Below, in pieces: positions 1 to 8,808 of a stretch of 64,000 bases of DNA (positions are counted from its first letter, which is position 1; the number at the start of each line of letters is the position of its first letter). Both the position numbers and the translations under genes were made by a program. Origin of the DNA: an uncultured Candidatus Saccharibacteria bacterium (lineage in GTDB: Bacteria > Patescibacteriota > Saccharimonadia > Saccharimonadales > Saccharimonadaceae); the NCBI GenBank assembly GCA_963528615.1, contig CAURVB010000001.1, forward strand, positions 7,203 through 71,202. The letters run 5' to 3'. The notes beneath the pieces were generated by a model, which worked only from the letters and a program-made list of their open reading frames with translations, made no database searches and had not been told where the DNA came from.

Positions 1-415
1 TCTTAATGACTGGGTTGTCTTTTTCGAGAGTTTGCTGTTCGCTAGCCAGTCTATTAGTGGTTGTCTTGTCTATCTCTGATATTTTAGAGGATGATAAAGC
101 TTCCTTAGACGCCTCCTGTGTTAGCGGTTTTAATGAAAAAACAATTTTTATTGGTGAGCCCTGCTTCACTTCTGTACGGATAGTTTTATCTTCAAAGCCA
201 CTTCTGGACGCCTTAAAGTCGTAAGTTCCTGGCTTTATGTGGACAACTTGAGAACCTGTTACTTTTTGATTATCAAAAGCAATTTCGGCTTTATCTGGTG
301 AGATGAGCAAAGAGACTGGTGTAGTGTTGGTTCTCGTGGTGTAAACGATGATGCCATACAGTAATACTCCCACTGATGATAAAAACAATATTTTACTGAT
401 AGTTTGCTTATTCAT
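1..415 (-). CDS. Membrane-anchored PEGA-like domain protein (partial, runs off window start), T4SS locus
   Basis: Own translation from ATG at 415: MNKQTISKILFLSSVGVLLYGIIVY...HIKPGTYDFKASRSGFED; N-terminal TM helix and PGxY..GF PEGA-like pattern; 1 bp from upstream stop. Confidence 0.65.
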   Translation of the reverse strand, partial: MNKQTISKILFLSSVGVLLYGIIVYTTRTNTTPVSLLISPDKAEIAFDNQKVTGSQVVHIKPGTYDFKASRSGFEDKTIRTEVKQGSPIKIVFSLKPLTQEASKEALSSSKISEIDKTTTNRLASEQQTLEKDNPVIK

Positions 416-416
416 A

Positions 417-1673
417 TTATCTTCTTATTTCATTCCTTTGTTGGCGTGCGTTGCCATTTCTAAACCAAGTGACACTTGGTGATGTTATACTTTCTAGTCC
501 CGCCTTTGGTGCATATTCGCACATTGAAGCAGAGGCAATGAGCGAGTCAAATCCATCAATTTTACCAACATAAACAAAGGTATGTCCCGGACTATGGGCG
601 ACATCGCCCGGCTGAAGATCGGCTGTATTAATTGAACTACCGTTACCGACCGCCTTCCAGTTAGCTTCAGCCCAAGCTCGCTGTGTACTCGTCGGTCCAG
701 CCTGACCATTCTTTGCACCGTAATTATAATTTTGATCAAACCCACTATCGTATAGTAAAGTTGTTACAAACCCACCACAGTCAACTCCACCACCAAAGCA
801 GTCAGCCCCAACAAAACGGTTTTCGCTTTTTGCTTTCTCAATAGCCTCGGCGTATTCGGGTTTTTTGTCAGTACGAGTTCTTGTTTCTGGCCAAGCATAG
901 CGCTTAACATACTCAATAAGCTTATCACGACTAGAAGATGAACAATTTTCTCCACCTACCGCTGAGTCTTTAAATCTTTCATATATCACCTTTGCAAATC
1001 CGCCTCGCGTACTTAAGACTCTTTCTGCTGAGTCGGCTGACACCTCAAAGTTATTGTGCCAAAAAACAGTAGCGTCTTCGACAGTTTTTATTTCTTTTAG
1101 CGTATCCCACTCTTTCATTCCCAAGAACAACCCAACAAAACCGAGTGCGGTTACTGGTCGGTTCTTACTCTCTTCCATTAGGTATTCCAGCTCAAAAATC
1201 AGAAGCTTGTCGTTGTCTTCAATTGGAATTGAATCTAATGTACCATCATTCTTTGCTGCCCCGCCGTATGCTTGGTTATAATACTTTGTTAATTCTGAAG
1301 GTATTTTACTAGCGATCGCAGTTCGCCTCCCGCCAGTCCACTGAGCGAGTCCCCAGCCGCCACTGCCCCAGCCCTGACTTTCTTCATGCCGGGTCGGACT
1401 AAACCCTGACTCAGCCTGAATATTTCCCATTACGCCCGCTGCCTGCTCGGCGCTCAGGCCGGCCTTACGTAAATATCCCCAAATCTTCTCTTGATTGTCG
1501 GCACCAGACACGCCATTAGCAGATGAGTCTGAACAAGTCACATCATCTTTTTTATACCACCGGATGTCGTTAGTAATGTAGGGTCCTGGGAAATCAGCTG
1601 CAAAGGATACTGGCTGAATAGTTATCGCAAAAGATGCCATGATACAGATAGCGACTGATATTTTTTTATACAT
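417..1673 (-). CDS. Secreted peptidoglycan hydrolase: phage tail lysozyme domain plus C-terminal NlpC/P60-like domain
   Basis: Signal peptide; AAGVMGNIQAESGF and GLAQWTGGRR (phage tail lysozyme); DCGGFV...LQPGD...GHTFVYVG (NlpC/P60 Cys-His). Confidence 0.8.
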   Translation of the reverse strand: MYKKISVAICIMASFAITIQPVSFAADFPGPYITNDIRWYKKDDVTCSDSSANGVSGADNQEKIWGYLRKAGLSAEQAAGVMGNIQAESGFSPTRHEESQGWGSGGWGLAQWTGGRRTAIASKIPSELTKYYNQAYGGAAKNDGTLDSIPIEDNDKLLIFELEYLMEESKNRPVTALGFVGLFLGMKEWDTLKEIKTVEDATVFWHNNFEVSADSAERVLSTRGGFAKVIYERFKDSAVGGENCSSSSRDKLIEYVKRYAWPETRTRTDKKPEYAEAIEKAKSENRFVGADCFGGGVDCGGFVTTLLYDSGFDQNYNYGAKNGQAGPTSTQRAWAEANWKAVGNGSSINTADLQPGDVAHSPGHTFVYVGKIDGFDSLIASASMCEYAPKAGLESITSPSVTWFRNGNARQQRNEIRR

Positions 1674-2124
1674 CAGACCGATTCCTCATGTATTCATTGA
1701 TTATATCTATAGGAACGCCAGTTTTCTTCAATGTATCTATTGATTTTTCGTCATTTACCCCGGTAATCACTGCACTGCTCCTCATAATAGCGTATGAATC
1801 ATAGGTGGATTTGGTGGTATCACTAAAAATCGTCATTTTTATCAGTTTAAATCCGTTTTGCTCTTTAACTAAGGTGTATTTTTTTAGTTCACGTTTTCCG
1901 TATTTACTGGCAGTGGAATTAAATAGATCAATGATAATATTCTGCTCGGTTGGTTGCTGAGGATTGGTGTTTTGGGCGACTGGCTTTTTATTAGCGGTTT
2001 GTTCGGAAGACAAAACTGTTGTGTAGTCTCCTTCGGCGGGGTTTTTTGTAATAAAAAACACCACTAGAATACTCATAAATAGTATAATAGATAATATTAA
2101 GATGGTTTTATCTTCTCTATTCAT
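1666..2124 (-). CDS. Hypothetical single-TM protein (start moved to ATG 2124, just after upstream stop)
   Basis: ORF track; hydrophobic ILILSIILFMSILVVFF; start at 2124 avoids overlap with the 996-aa gene. Confidence 0.6.
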   Translation of the reverse strand: MNREDKTILILSIILFMSILVVFFITKNPAEGDYTTVLSSEQTANKKPVAQNTNPQQPTEQNIIIDLFNSTASKYGKRELKKYTLVKEQNGFKLIKMTIFSDTTKSTYDSYAIMRSSAVITGVNDEKSIDTLKKTGVPIDIINEYMRNRSDV

Positions 2125-2125
2125 A

Positions 2126-5116
2126 TTAAACATTCCTTGCGTACTCCCAATGCCACGGTTCTGGTTTACTGCCACCCGGTTTTGCCCAAGCTGGGTGAAC
2201 GTAGCCATATTTATGTGCGTTCGCTTCCAACCATTTATAAACACTAGAACCAGTGCCCCCAACATTAATATCTACTGCCAGACCCCAACCGTGATTTGAT
2301 ATGCATGGAGGAGCTGGTGCTGCTGCTCCGCCCTGGTATCTTGGATTGCCTGGAGTGGCATAAGCGATTTGTGTATCGCAATCCCGATACGCCTCGTTGA
2401 TAGTTAAGTCAGTACCGGTCTCGGCTTTGTAGGCTTTATTCATTTCTTCCATGGCTTTTGCGGCTTTTTTATGCATTTTATCGCTTGGTGAGAATGATAA
2501 TGATTGCAATTCTGAATCTGGAATTCGGCCATTCTGATGACCGCCCCAGCCAGTAGCAGCCTCTTCCAGTTGCGGTTCACCTATTGCGTCACCATCGTCT
2601 GTTGGCTTGGCTGAATCTGAACTACCGCTGCTCGTTTCTTCGTCTTCGCCGTTAATTGATTGTGCAACTTGGAAGTCGATAAGCAGGACTGACATTGCAG
2701 AAAGTTTTCTGTCGCTGTAAGTTTTTGTGCCGCCACTCACGCCTGCCGACTCGTCAGTGATGGCTGATCCGTCAGTTGGGTTGGTGAGAGTTGGTTGCTT
2801 AATCGTACCCATTGCTGTCGAGCTAGATGGAGCAGTACAACCGCCACTCTTGAACCAATATTCGCCAGTGCTAGCGTCGCTGCAGTCGGTAATGAAATCA
2901 TGAAGTGGTGTATTCTCGACGATATAACCGTTTTTTACAAGATCTGCTATAGTTGCGCCGTCTGGAATATCTTTACTATTATCAATCCAGCCTTCTTCTT
3001 CAGCAATTTGCAGCGCCTCCTCAGTTGACATATTAGCCTGATCTTTAGTAATACCAGTGCACGGCAGCCCCGCTAAATTGATTGCCGGATCATCTGGCGA
3101 GCCGCTACCCATATAAAAATCTTTCGCATAGCCGCAATATTTTTCCGAATATATACCACTTGCTGCTTTTGCGGTTGATGAATATGATAGCGCCATTGAT
3201 GGCAACCTGAGAATATTCGACAGCATTGCTAGCGGAGTTTTATTATATGTACCATTTGCCAGCATCATCGTTCCCATATTGTGAACAATACTGCCTAAGA
3301 ATGTATATTTGCTGGAGGTATCGAACGGACTTAGTGAGGCAATATCCATTTCTTTCTGGAATTCTTCATTGGCAATTTGAATACTATTGAATTCTGCTAA
3401 TTGACTGCGTTTCAAACCTGGCAGCATTTGACTCATAGAGCCGCTAGAAAAGAAGGCTGCTGCGCCAACACCGAGCGAATCTCCCAGATCCTTATACTGG
3501 GCATTGTTCGGAACGAGTAGACTTTCTGCCAACTTTAAAAGTAGATTCTTTACTATATCACCGGCAGCCCAAGTAGCTATAGCCTTGACTGCTTCTTTAA
3601 CGAGAGTTTTACCTACAGTCCGCACTACTACCCCTAGTCCACTAGTTAGGCCAGTAGCAGATAACTCAATTGCCGAAAAGGAGTACATAACATATGGACT
3701 GAGGATATAATTACAAGCTGGGTCAGTCGCCTCCTTAATACCGTTCAAGGTTTGAATTGCTGGATTGGAGATCGCTAAATAGCCAGGAACATAGTTTTTG
3801 GCAATAGCTGGTTTGTTTTGATTTATACCCATTGCCGCCAGCATTGATGGTGAATCGAGGGCCGATCCCTCACTATTTTCAGATCCCGACATTTTTCCTC
3901 TTTCGGTTAGCATTGTGCCAATAGTGTCCATCGCTTCTGGAGTAAAGCCACTACCAAACCCGGCCGCTTTTGCCTGTGATCCTGGAGATAACACGACATC
4001 CATAAGCAAAGAGAATAGAGGCGCTAGGTAAATAGCGGTAACGCCCGCGGTAACAATATTTGGAACTTTTGCAATTGCACACCCACTGGCAGCAAAACCA
4101 TAAATCAGGCCACCTTTGCCCACTCTTTCACTAAGGTTATTAATGCGCTCATTGATAGCCTCGCTTGCTTTAGCACCATTAAATTTCGGTAACTTTTCCT
4201 TAAATTTTGTAATTCGTTCTTTTATACCAAGCTTTTTATCAATTTTATTAGCAATGCCACCATTTCTGTTGAGCTTTAGTTTACTATACACTCCCTGCAT
4301 ATGCTTCCCAACCCAAGCACGAACTCGCATATTAAATAAACCGGATCTTCCGTAGACTTTACTGGCGATCTTCCGATTTTCTTTTTTTAACAGCTCATCT
4401 TTTAATTTAACTGATTCAATTGGTTTACCGTTATTAATTCCCTCAACAGTATAGTGTGACGGGTTCTTATCCGGATAGCCTTTGCCTTTTATATTTATCT
4501 CGCTACCATCAGCATTGACGGGCTTAATTCCTTGTTTTGATAATTTTCTTAGAGCACTATTTGAGAATCGGCTAAACCTACAACGCATAGTTATTTTGCT
4601 ACCTTGGCAAATTCCTGTACTGTCGCCACTATTAAAGACTCGATTAAAATGCTTTCGCATGCGGCTTTCTTTAGTAACTGAAGCGGAGTCATTATGATCG
4701 GTAAAATTTTCAACTATATTATGTAGCATAGTTGCTGGGCCAAAGAAGGCACCCATTAATCCGCCACCTACGCCAATCGCCCCGGCAATTGCTATAATTG
4801 GCCCGCGTTTTTTCATTAACGACTTAAACGTCATCGGCTGCTTTTTATTAGATTTATTGGATGGTTGATAAAAGCCATTCTTGTTTGGTATGGATGATTC
4901 TTTGTTATTTAGGGATTCGCTGGCGTCATCAACCCGACGGCCCGCATCTGAGTTGGTGTCGTCAAATTGAGATTCAAGATCATTTATGGCGGCTTTTTCT
5001 CGGTCGCTTAATTCTGATTCCGCATTACCAGCCTGAATTTGGTCAAACCTAGCCTGCTCGGCGGGATTCAGTCTCTCGTCAGCCTTATCATCCGTATCGT
5101 AAGAAAGTAGTGCCAT
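2126..5116 (-). CDS. Large membrane protein with C-terminal peptidase M15 (VanY-like D,D-carboxypeptidase/endopeptidase) domain
   Basis: AYR..Q, SNHGWGLAVD and EPWHWE motifs of M15B; several hydrophobic segments; directly downstream of virB4. Confidence 0.8.
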   Translation of the reverse strand: MALLSYDTDDKADERLNPAEQARFDQIQAGNAESELSDREKAAINDLESQFDDTNSDAGRRVDDASESLNNKESSIPNKNGFYQPSNKSNKKQPMTFKSLMKKRGPIIAIAGAIGVGGGLMGAFFGPATMLHNIVENFTDHNDSASVTKESRMRKHFNRVFNSGDSTGICQGSKITMRCRFSRFSNSALRKLSKQGIKPVNADGSEINIKGKGYPDKNPSHYTVEGINNGKPIESVKLKDELLKKENRKIASKVYGRSGLFNMRVRAWVGKHMQGVYSKLKLNRNGGIANKIDKKLGIKERITKFKEKLPKFNGAKASEAINERINNLSERVGKGGLIYGFAASGCAIAKVPNIVTAGVTAIYLAPLFSLLMDVVLSPGSQAKAAGFGSGFTPEAMDTIGTMLTERGKMSGSENSEGSALDSPSMLAAMGINQNKPAIAKNYVPGYLAISNPAIQTLNGIKEATDPACNYILSPYVMYSFSAIELSATGLTSGLGVVVRTVGKTLVKEAVKAIATWAAGDIVKNLLLKLAESLLVPNNAQYKDLGDSLGVGAAAFFSSGSMSQMLPGLKRSQLAEFNSIQIANEEFQKEMDIASLSPFDTSSKYTFLGSIVHNMGTMMLANGTYNKTPLAMLSNILRLPSMALSYSSTAKAASGIYSEKYCGYAKDFYMGSGSPDDPAINLAGLPCTGITKDQANMSTEEALQIAEEEGWIDNSKDIPDGATIADLVKNGYIVENTPLHDFITDCSDASTGEYWFKSGGCTAPSSSTAMGTIKQPTLTNPTDGSAITDESAGVSGGTKTYSDRKLSAMSVLLIDFQVAQSINGEDEETSSGSSDSAKPTDDGDAIGEPQLEEAATGWGGHQNGRIPDSELQSLSFSPSDKMHKKAAKAMEEMNKAYKAETGTDLTINEAYRDCDTQIAYATPGNPRYQGGAAAPAPPCISNHGWGLAVDINVGGTGSSVYKWLEANAHKYGYVHPAWAKPGGSKPEPWHWEYARNV

Positions 5117-5133
5117 ATTCTCTTATAATTATA

Positions 5134-6993
5134 CTATACTGGTCCGTATCCACCGATTGGCGTTTCTGACGGTTTTACCTGTTGAGCCGCCGGATTAGTG
5201 TTAATGAGATTATATTCAGTGTCGCTAGCTTGGATTTGGATGTGAACATGGTTTTGTCCAGCAAAGAACAACCCTTGTCCAACTGGGAAATTGGATAGAC
5301 GCTTTTGCTCTTCTTCTGTCAATTTGAACACCTGAGACAGGACATCGACAGCGCTAGTAGACTGTTTTAAGAGGAGCTGCATTGATGAGTTAGAGACAAT
5401 TGCCCGCCCCATTTTACTGCCCACGAAGTCCTCGACGTCCTGAGTGATAGTCGTTAATCCCAATTGATACTTTCGGGCGCGTTTTGCTAGTGAGAACAGG
5501 AAGCTGGCGGAATCATCATATTTCATCAATTGCCAAGCCTCGTCAACAATCAACATGCGTTTCTTCTGGTCGGTGCGCGTAATATTCCAGATATGATTTA
5601 AGACAATATACATTGCTGTTGGTCGCAACTCATCTTCCAGGTCGCGAATATTAAACACCACCATATTATTATTGATGTCAATATTGCTTTGTTGTGAGAA
5701 GATACCCGCAAATGTTCCAGAGGTAAATTTGCGGAGGCGCTGCGCCAAGCTCGGCCCAGTACCACCCATATGAAGCAGTGTATCGTATAGATCAGAAATT
5801 GTTGGCGGCGTGGAATTGTGAGTTAACGGATCTGAGGTAATGCCAACTCGCGCATAAGTGTCAATCAACGCCTGATCGATATCAGCCTCCTCGGCTGGTG
5901 TTAATCCCGCCATGACTTGTCCGCCGGCTGTTGCTTGAGCTCCACCCAGCATTTGTCGCAATAGGCCGTGTAATGTCACCAAATTTGCTCTTAAGGCGTC
6001 GTCAGCTTCATCGGTATCAATCACTCGCGGCAAGTCAAATGGGTTAATCCTTGTATCGCTATTTAAGCTCAACCTAATATAACTGCCGCCCACTGCATCG
6101 CATAATTTTTGATATTCATTTTCTGGGTCGATAATCACGATATCTGATCCAATCATCATACTGCGCAGCGCCTCTAGTTTCACTGTAAACGACTTACCGG
6201 CACCAGACTTAGCGAATACTACCATATTGGCATTTTCCAGAGAAAAACGGTCAAAAATCACTAGGCCGTTATTATGCATGTTGATACCATATAACACACC
6301 CTTTCCGTCGGTTAGGTCGGCTGAGGTAAATGGGAAACTAGTGGAAATAGCACCAGTATTCATGTTGCGGCGAATCTGTAATTCGTCGGTTAATTGTGGA
6401 ACGGTGCTATTAAGACCCTGTTCTTGCTGGCTGGAGGCTACTTTAGAGAAGACTAATTGCTGTCCAAAGATTGTTTCAATTTTATGCTGCACAAAGTTTA
6501 ATTCGTCCATGCTATCGGCATAAATTGTGATATATAACCCGTAGCGGAAGAACTTTTCAGAACCAATTTGTAATTGATCACGTAACTCTTCAGCGTCTTG
6601 TAAGGCTGCTTCTAGTCCTGGATCGCGCACGCGGCCTTTTTCGGAGTTAATATTCATGCTTGCTTCCAGCTGCGTCACTTTTTTGCGTAAATTATTCAGC
6701 ACAATTTGCGTGTCGACTGGATAAATAAACATACTAATATCTAGAACTTCATCAATGTTAATTACTGAGCTAAGCCAGCCGGTGTAAATCTGACGTGGAT
6801 AGCCATAAACATACATAGTTCGACCGTATTTTGAGCCCAGACGGAAGTGGTCCGAGTGCAGCTCAATACTGCTTGGTGCAATGAAATCTCGGAGTGTACG
6901 CACGCCAGTTAAGAACGCCTGCTCAACTTCAGCCTGCTCACGCGCTCGTTGTTGCGCTGCAATATCTACAGCATCTAGTTTTTTCTTTGCCAT
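5134..6993 (-). CDS. virB4: VirB4-like type IV secretion ATPase
   Basis: Walker A AKSGAGKS, IIDPENEY, INPFD, Walker B LIVDEAW, RARKY, TQ..DF. Confidence 0.9.
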   Translation of the reverse strand: MAKKKLDAVDIAAQQRAREQAEVEQAFLTGVRTLRDFIAPSSIELHSDHFRLGSKYGRTMYVYGYPRQIYTGWLSSVINIDEVLDISMFIYPVDTQIVLNNLRKKVTQLEASMNINSEKGRVRDPGLEAALQDAEELRDQLQIGSEKFFRYGLYITIYADSMDELNFVQHKIETIFGQQLVFSKVASSQQEQGLNSTVPQLTDELQIRRNMNTGAISTSFPFTSADLTDGKGVLYGINMHNNGLVIFDRFSLENANMVVFAKSGAGKSFTVKLEALRSMMIGSDIVIIDPENEYQKLCDAVGGSYIRLSLNSDTRINPFDLPRVIDTDEADDALRANLVTLHGLLRQMLGGAQATAGGQVMAGLTPAEEADIDQALIDTYARVGITSDPLTHNSTPPTISDLYDTLLHMGGTGPSLAQRLRKFTSGTFAGIFSQQSNIDINNNMVVFNIRDLEDELRPTAMYIVLNHIWNITRTDQKKRMLIVDEAWQLMKYDDSASFLFSLAKRARKYQLGLTTITQDVEDFVGSKMGRAIVSNSSMQLLLKQSTSAVDVLSQVFKLTEEEQKRLSNFPVGQGLFFAGQNHVHIQIQASDTEYNLINTNPAAQQVKPSETPIGGYGPV

Positions 6994-7874
6994 TATAGTC
7001 TTCCTCCTGTTGGCGGTTGACCTTGACCTTTGGTTACGTAGGCTGTCGTGAGCTGGCTCGGGTCAATTGCCGCCAGTGATTCGCGTGATGAAGTGTCAGG
7101 GTTATATGAGGTATAGAATAGTTCACCCAATTGTCGAGTATTTAATTGTCGACTTTTGACACCTATTTGGAATAATCCGCTCATCACTAAATCAATTCGA
7201 TTCTTAATCTCATCCTTAGCTTTTGCGTACGCGACTTGGTCAATCTTTGTTACAGTCGCTTCTTTCTTGCCACTGAAGAAGCTACTAAACAGGCCCTTTG
7301 CCTGCTGTTTCATGACATTTGTATCACCGGCTGGATAATATGGTACGACGACATAGAAACTTTTATCCATAATATTGGCTTCTTGCGCTAAAACATCGAT
7401 AAAATCCATGTAATCGTCCATTAAAACATTAAGTAGCATGTTGTCTTGATTGCGCCTAATTTCTGCCAGTCTGTCCAGATATGGACCAATATCCACGCGG
7501 CGTGAACGAATGAGGATTTGGATTGGGAAATATAATGAATTGATAAAGTTCTGATAGCTAAATTCGATACCTTCTCGTTCACGGGCGCTCATCAGATCAA
7601 AGTTAATCGACTCACATTCTACTACTGCCCGAAAACTACCATCACTCATGATAATCATATTCTCGCGCATTTCGGAGAAAAGTAGCGTATTTTGGGTGCT
7701 AATTGGCCCACTCTTTTTTTGTTCTGGGGCTTTATCGGGTGTGGGTGAGGCTGGAGTGGGACCTGAAGCAATTGTACCCGGTACTGGTGATTGCGGTGCG
7801 CCTTGAATCACCGCATTGGCACTGGCCTGCGGAACTTGCTGATGTAGCTGTTGATCCTGTAACTCTGGTTGCAT
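6993..7874 (-). CDS. T4SS protein resembling the VirB4/TraC N-terminal module
   Basis: SINFDLMS..E..I..SYQNFINSL.FPIQILIRSR pattern; between prgI and virB4, overlapping stop/start. Confidence 0.65.
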   Translation of the reverse strand: MQPELQDQQLHQQVPQASANAVIQGAPQSPVPGTIASGPTPASPTPDKAPEQKKSGPISTQNTLLFSEMRENMIIMSDGSFRAVVECESINFDLMSAREREGIEFSYQNFINSLYFPIQILIRSRRVDIGPYLDRLAEIRRNQDNMLLNVLMDDYMDFIDVLAQEANIMDKSFYVVVPYYPAGDTNVMKQQAKGLFSSFFSGKKEATVTKIDQVAYAKAKDEIKNRIDLVMSGLFQIGVKSRQLNTRQLGELFYTSYNPDTSSRESLAAIDPSQLTTAYVTKGQGQPPTGGRL

Positions 7875-7882
7875 AATCCCAC

Positions 7883-8779
7883 CTAACGTAATGAAATCAC
7901 CACTTCCTCTTCTGCTAATTTATTATTTTCTCGCTCAATTCGATTTGCTTCGCGCGAAATAGTTTCAACGGAAAGGTCGCTGTGATTGTTTGCCAAGTCT
8001 ATTATAGCAGGCGAGACGTTGTTTAGGCTAGTTTGTGGTGTGGCAGTTGATTGATTGCTCGAACCGCTGTGGTTAGATATTGGATTTAATGTTGACTGGT
8101 GCATACTCGGATATGGGTTTGTTTGAAGCTGTATGTGAGGATCTGTTTCTGAGTCTTCATCTGGTTGGAATACAGATTTTTTATTTGACTGGCCTGATTG
8201 CATTTTCTGAATCATGTCCTGTCGTCTGCGAGCGTCTGACTCGATGATTAGATGATTAATATTCTGTGCGGTTGTGCTGTTTTCATCTAAAATATCGTGC
8301 GCTGCCTGACCTGTATTAAAAAGGTCTGCATGCATGGAGCTATTTGGATTATTAACACCGCGAATTGACCACCCCTGGCTATCCACCAGATTTGCCAAAT
8401 ATGACAATCGACGCTGAACTTCGGCTTGATCGTAATTGTTTCCATAGGTTTTTTCTTCGACTTTTGGCGCAACCACCTCTACTAATGCCTCAATTCCATC
8501 AGGCTGCCACAAACGCTTTTTAGGCCTTAAGAGGAAAGAAACGACCGCCGCCAAATAGACTTCCATCGGCTGATCTTTTTTAAGTGGTAATGCTAGCGCT
8601 CCAAAAAACAGAATAACGGGCACTGGAATTAGCGCCATCGGTAATAATATTCGCCCAAGAGCATATGCAATACCAATTCCAGCGACTGCTATGATTAAAA
8701 ACACAAACTGACGGAAACTAAACGGTCCGAGCAGCTTATCTTCCGCCTCTACGTCTTGAGGAACTTTATACACCGACAT
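7883..8779 (-). CDS. prgI: PrgI family (VirB3-like) T4SS membrane protein
   Basis: YKVPQDVEAEDKLLGPFSFRQF N-terminus followed by two TM helices. Confidence 0.85.
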   Translation of the reverse strand: MSVYKVPQDVEAEDKLLGPFSFRQFVFLIIAVAGIGIAYALGRILLPMALIPVPVILFFGALALPLKKDQPMEVYLAAVVSFLLRPKKRLWQPDGIEALVEVVAPKVEEKTYGNNYDQAEVQRRLSYLANLVDSQGWSIRGVNNPNSSMHADLFNTGQAAHDILDENSTTAQNINHLIIESDARRRQDMIQKMQSGQSNKKSVFQPDEDSETDPHIQLQTNPYPSMHQSTLNPISNHSGSSNQSTATPQTSLNNVSPAIIDLANNHSDLSVETISREANRIERENNKLAEEEVVISLR

Positions 8780-8808
8780 ACTGCTTATATTATAGCAAAT
8801 TGTAAAGA

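Noticed and set aside
417..1673. Prophage, suggested by the phage tail lysozyme domain
   Set aside because: No capsid, terminase, tail or integrase genes; the gene has a signal peptide and sits in the T4SS operon.
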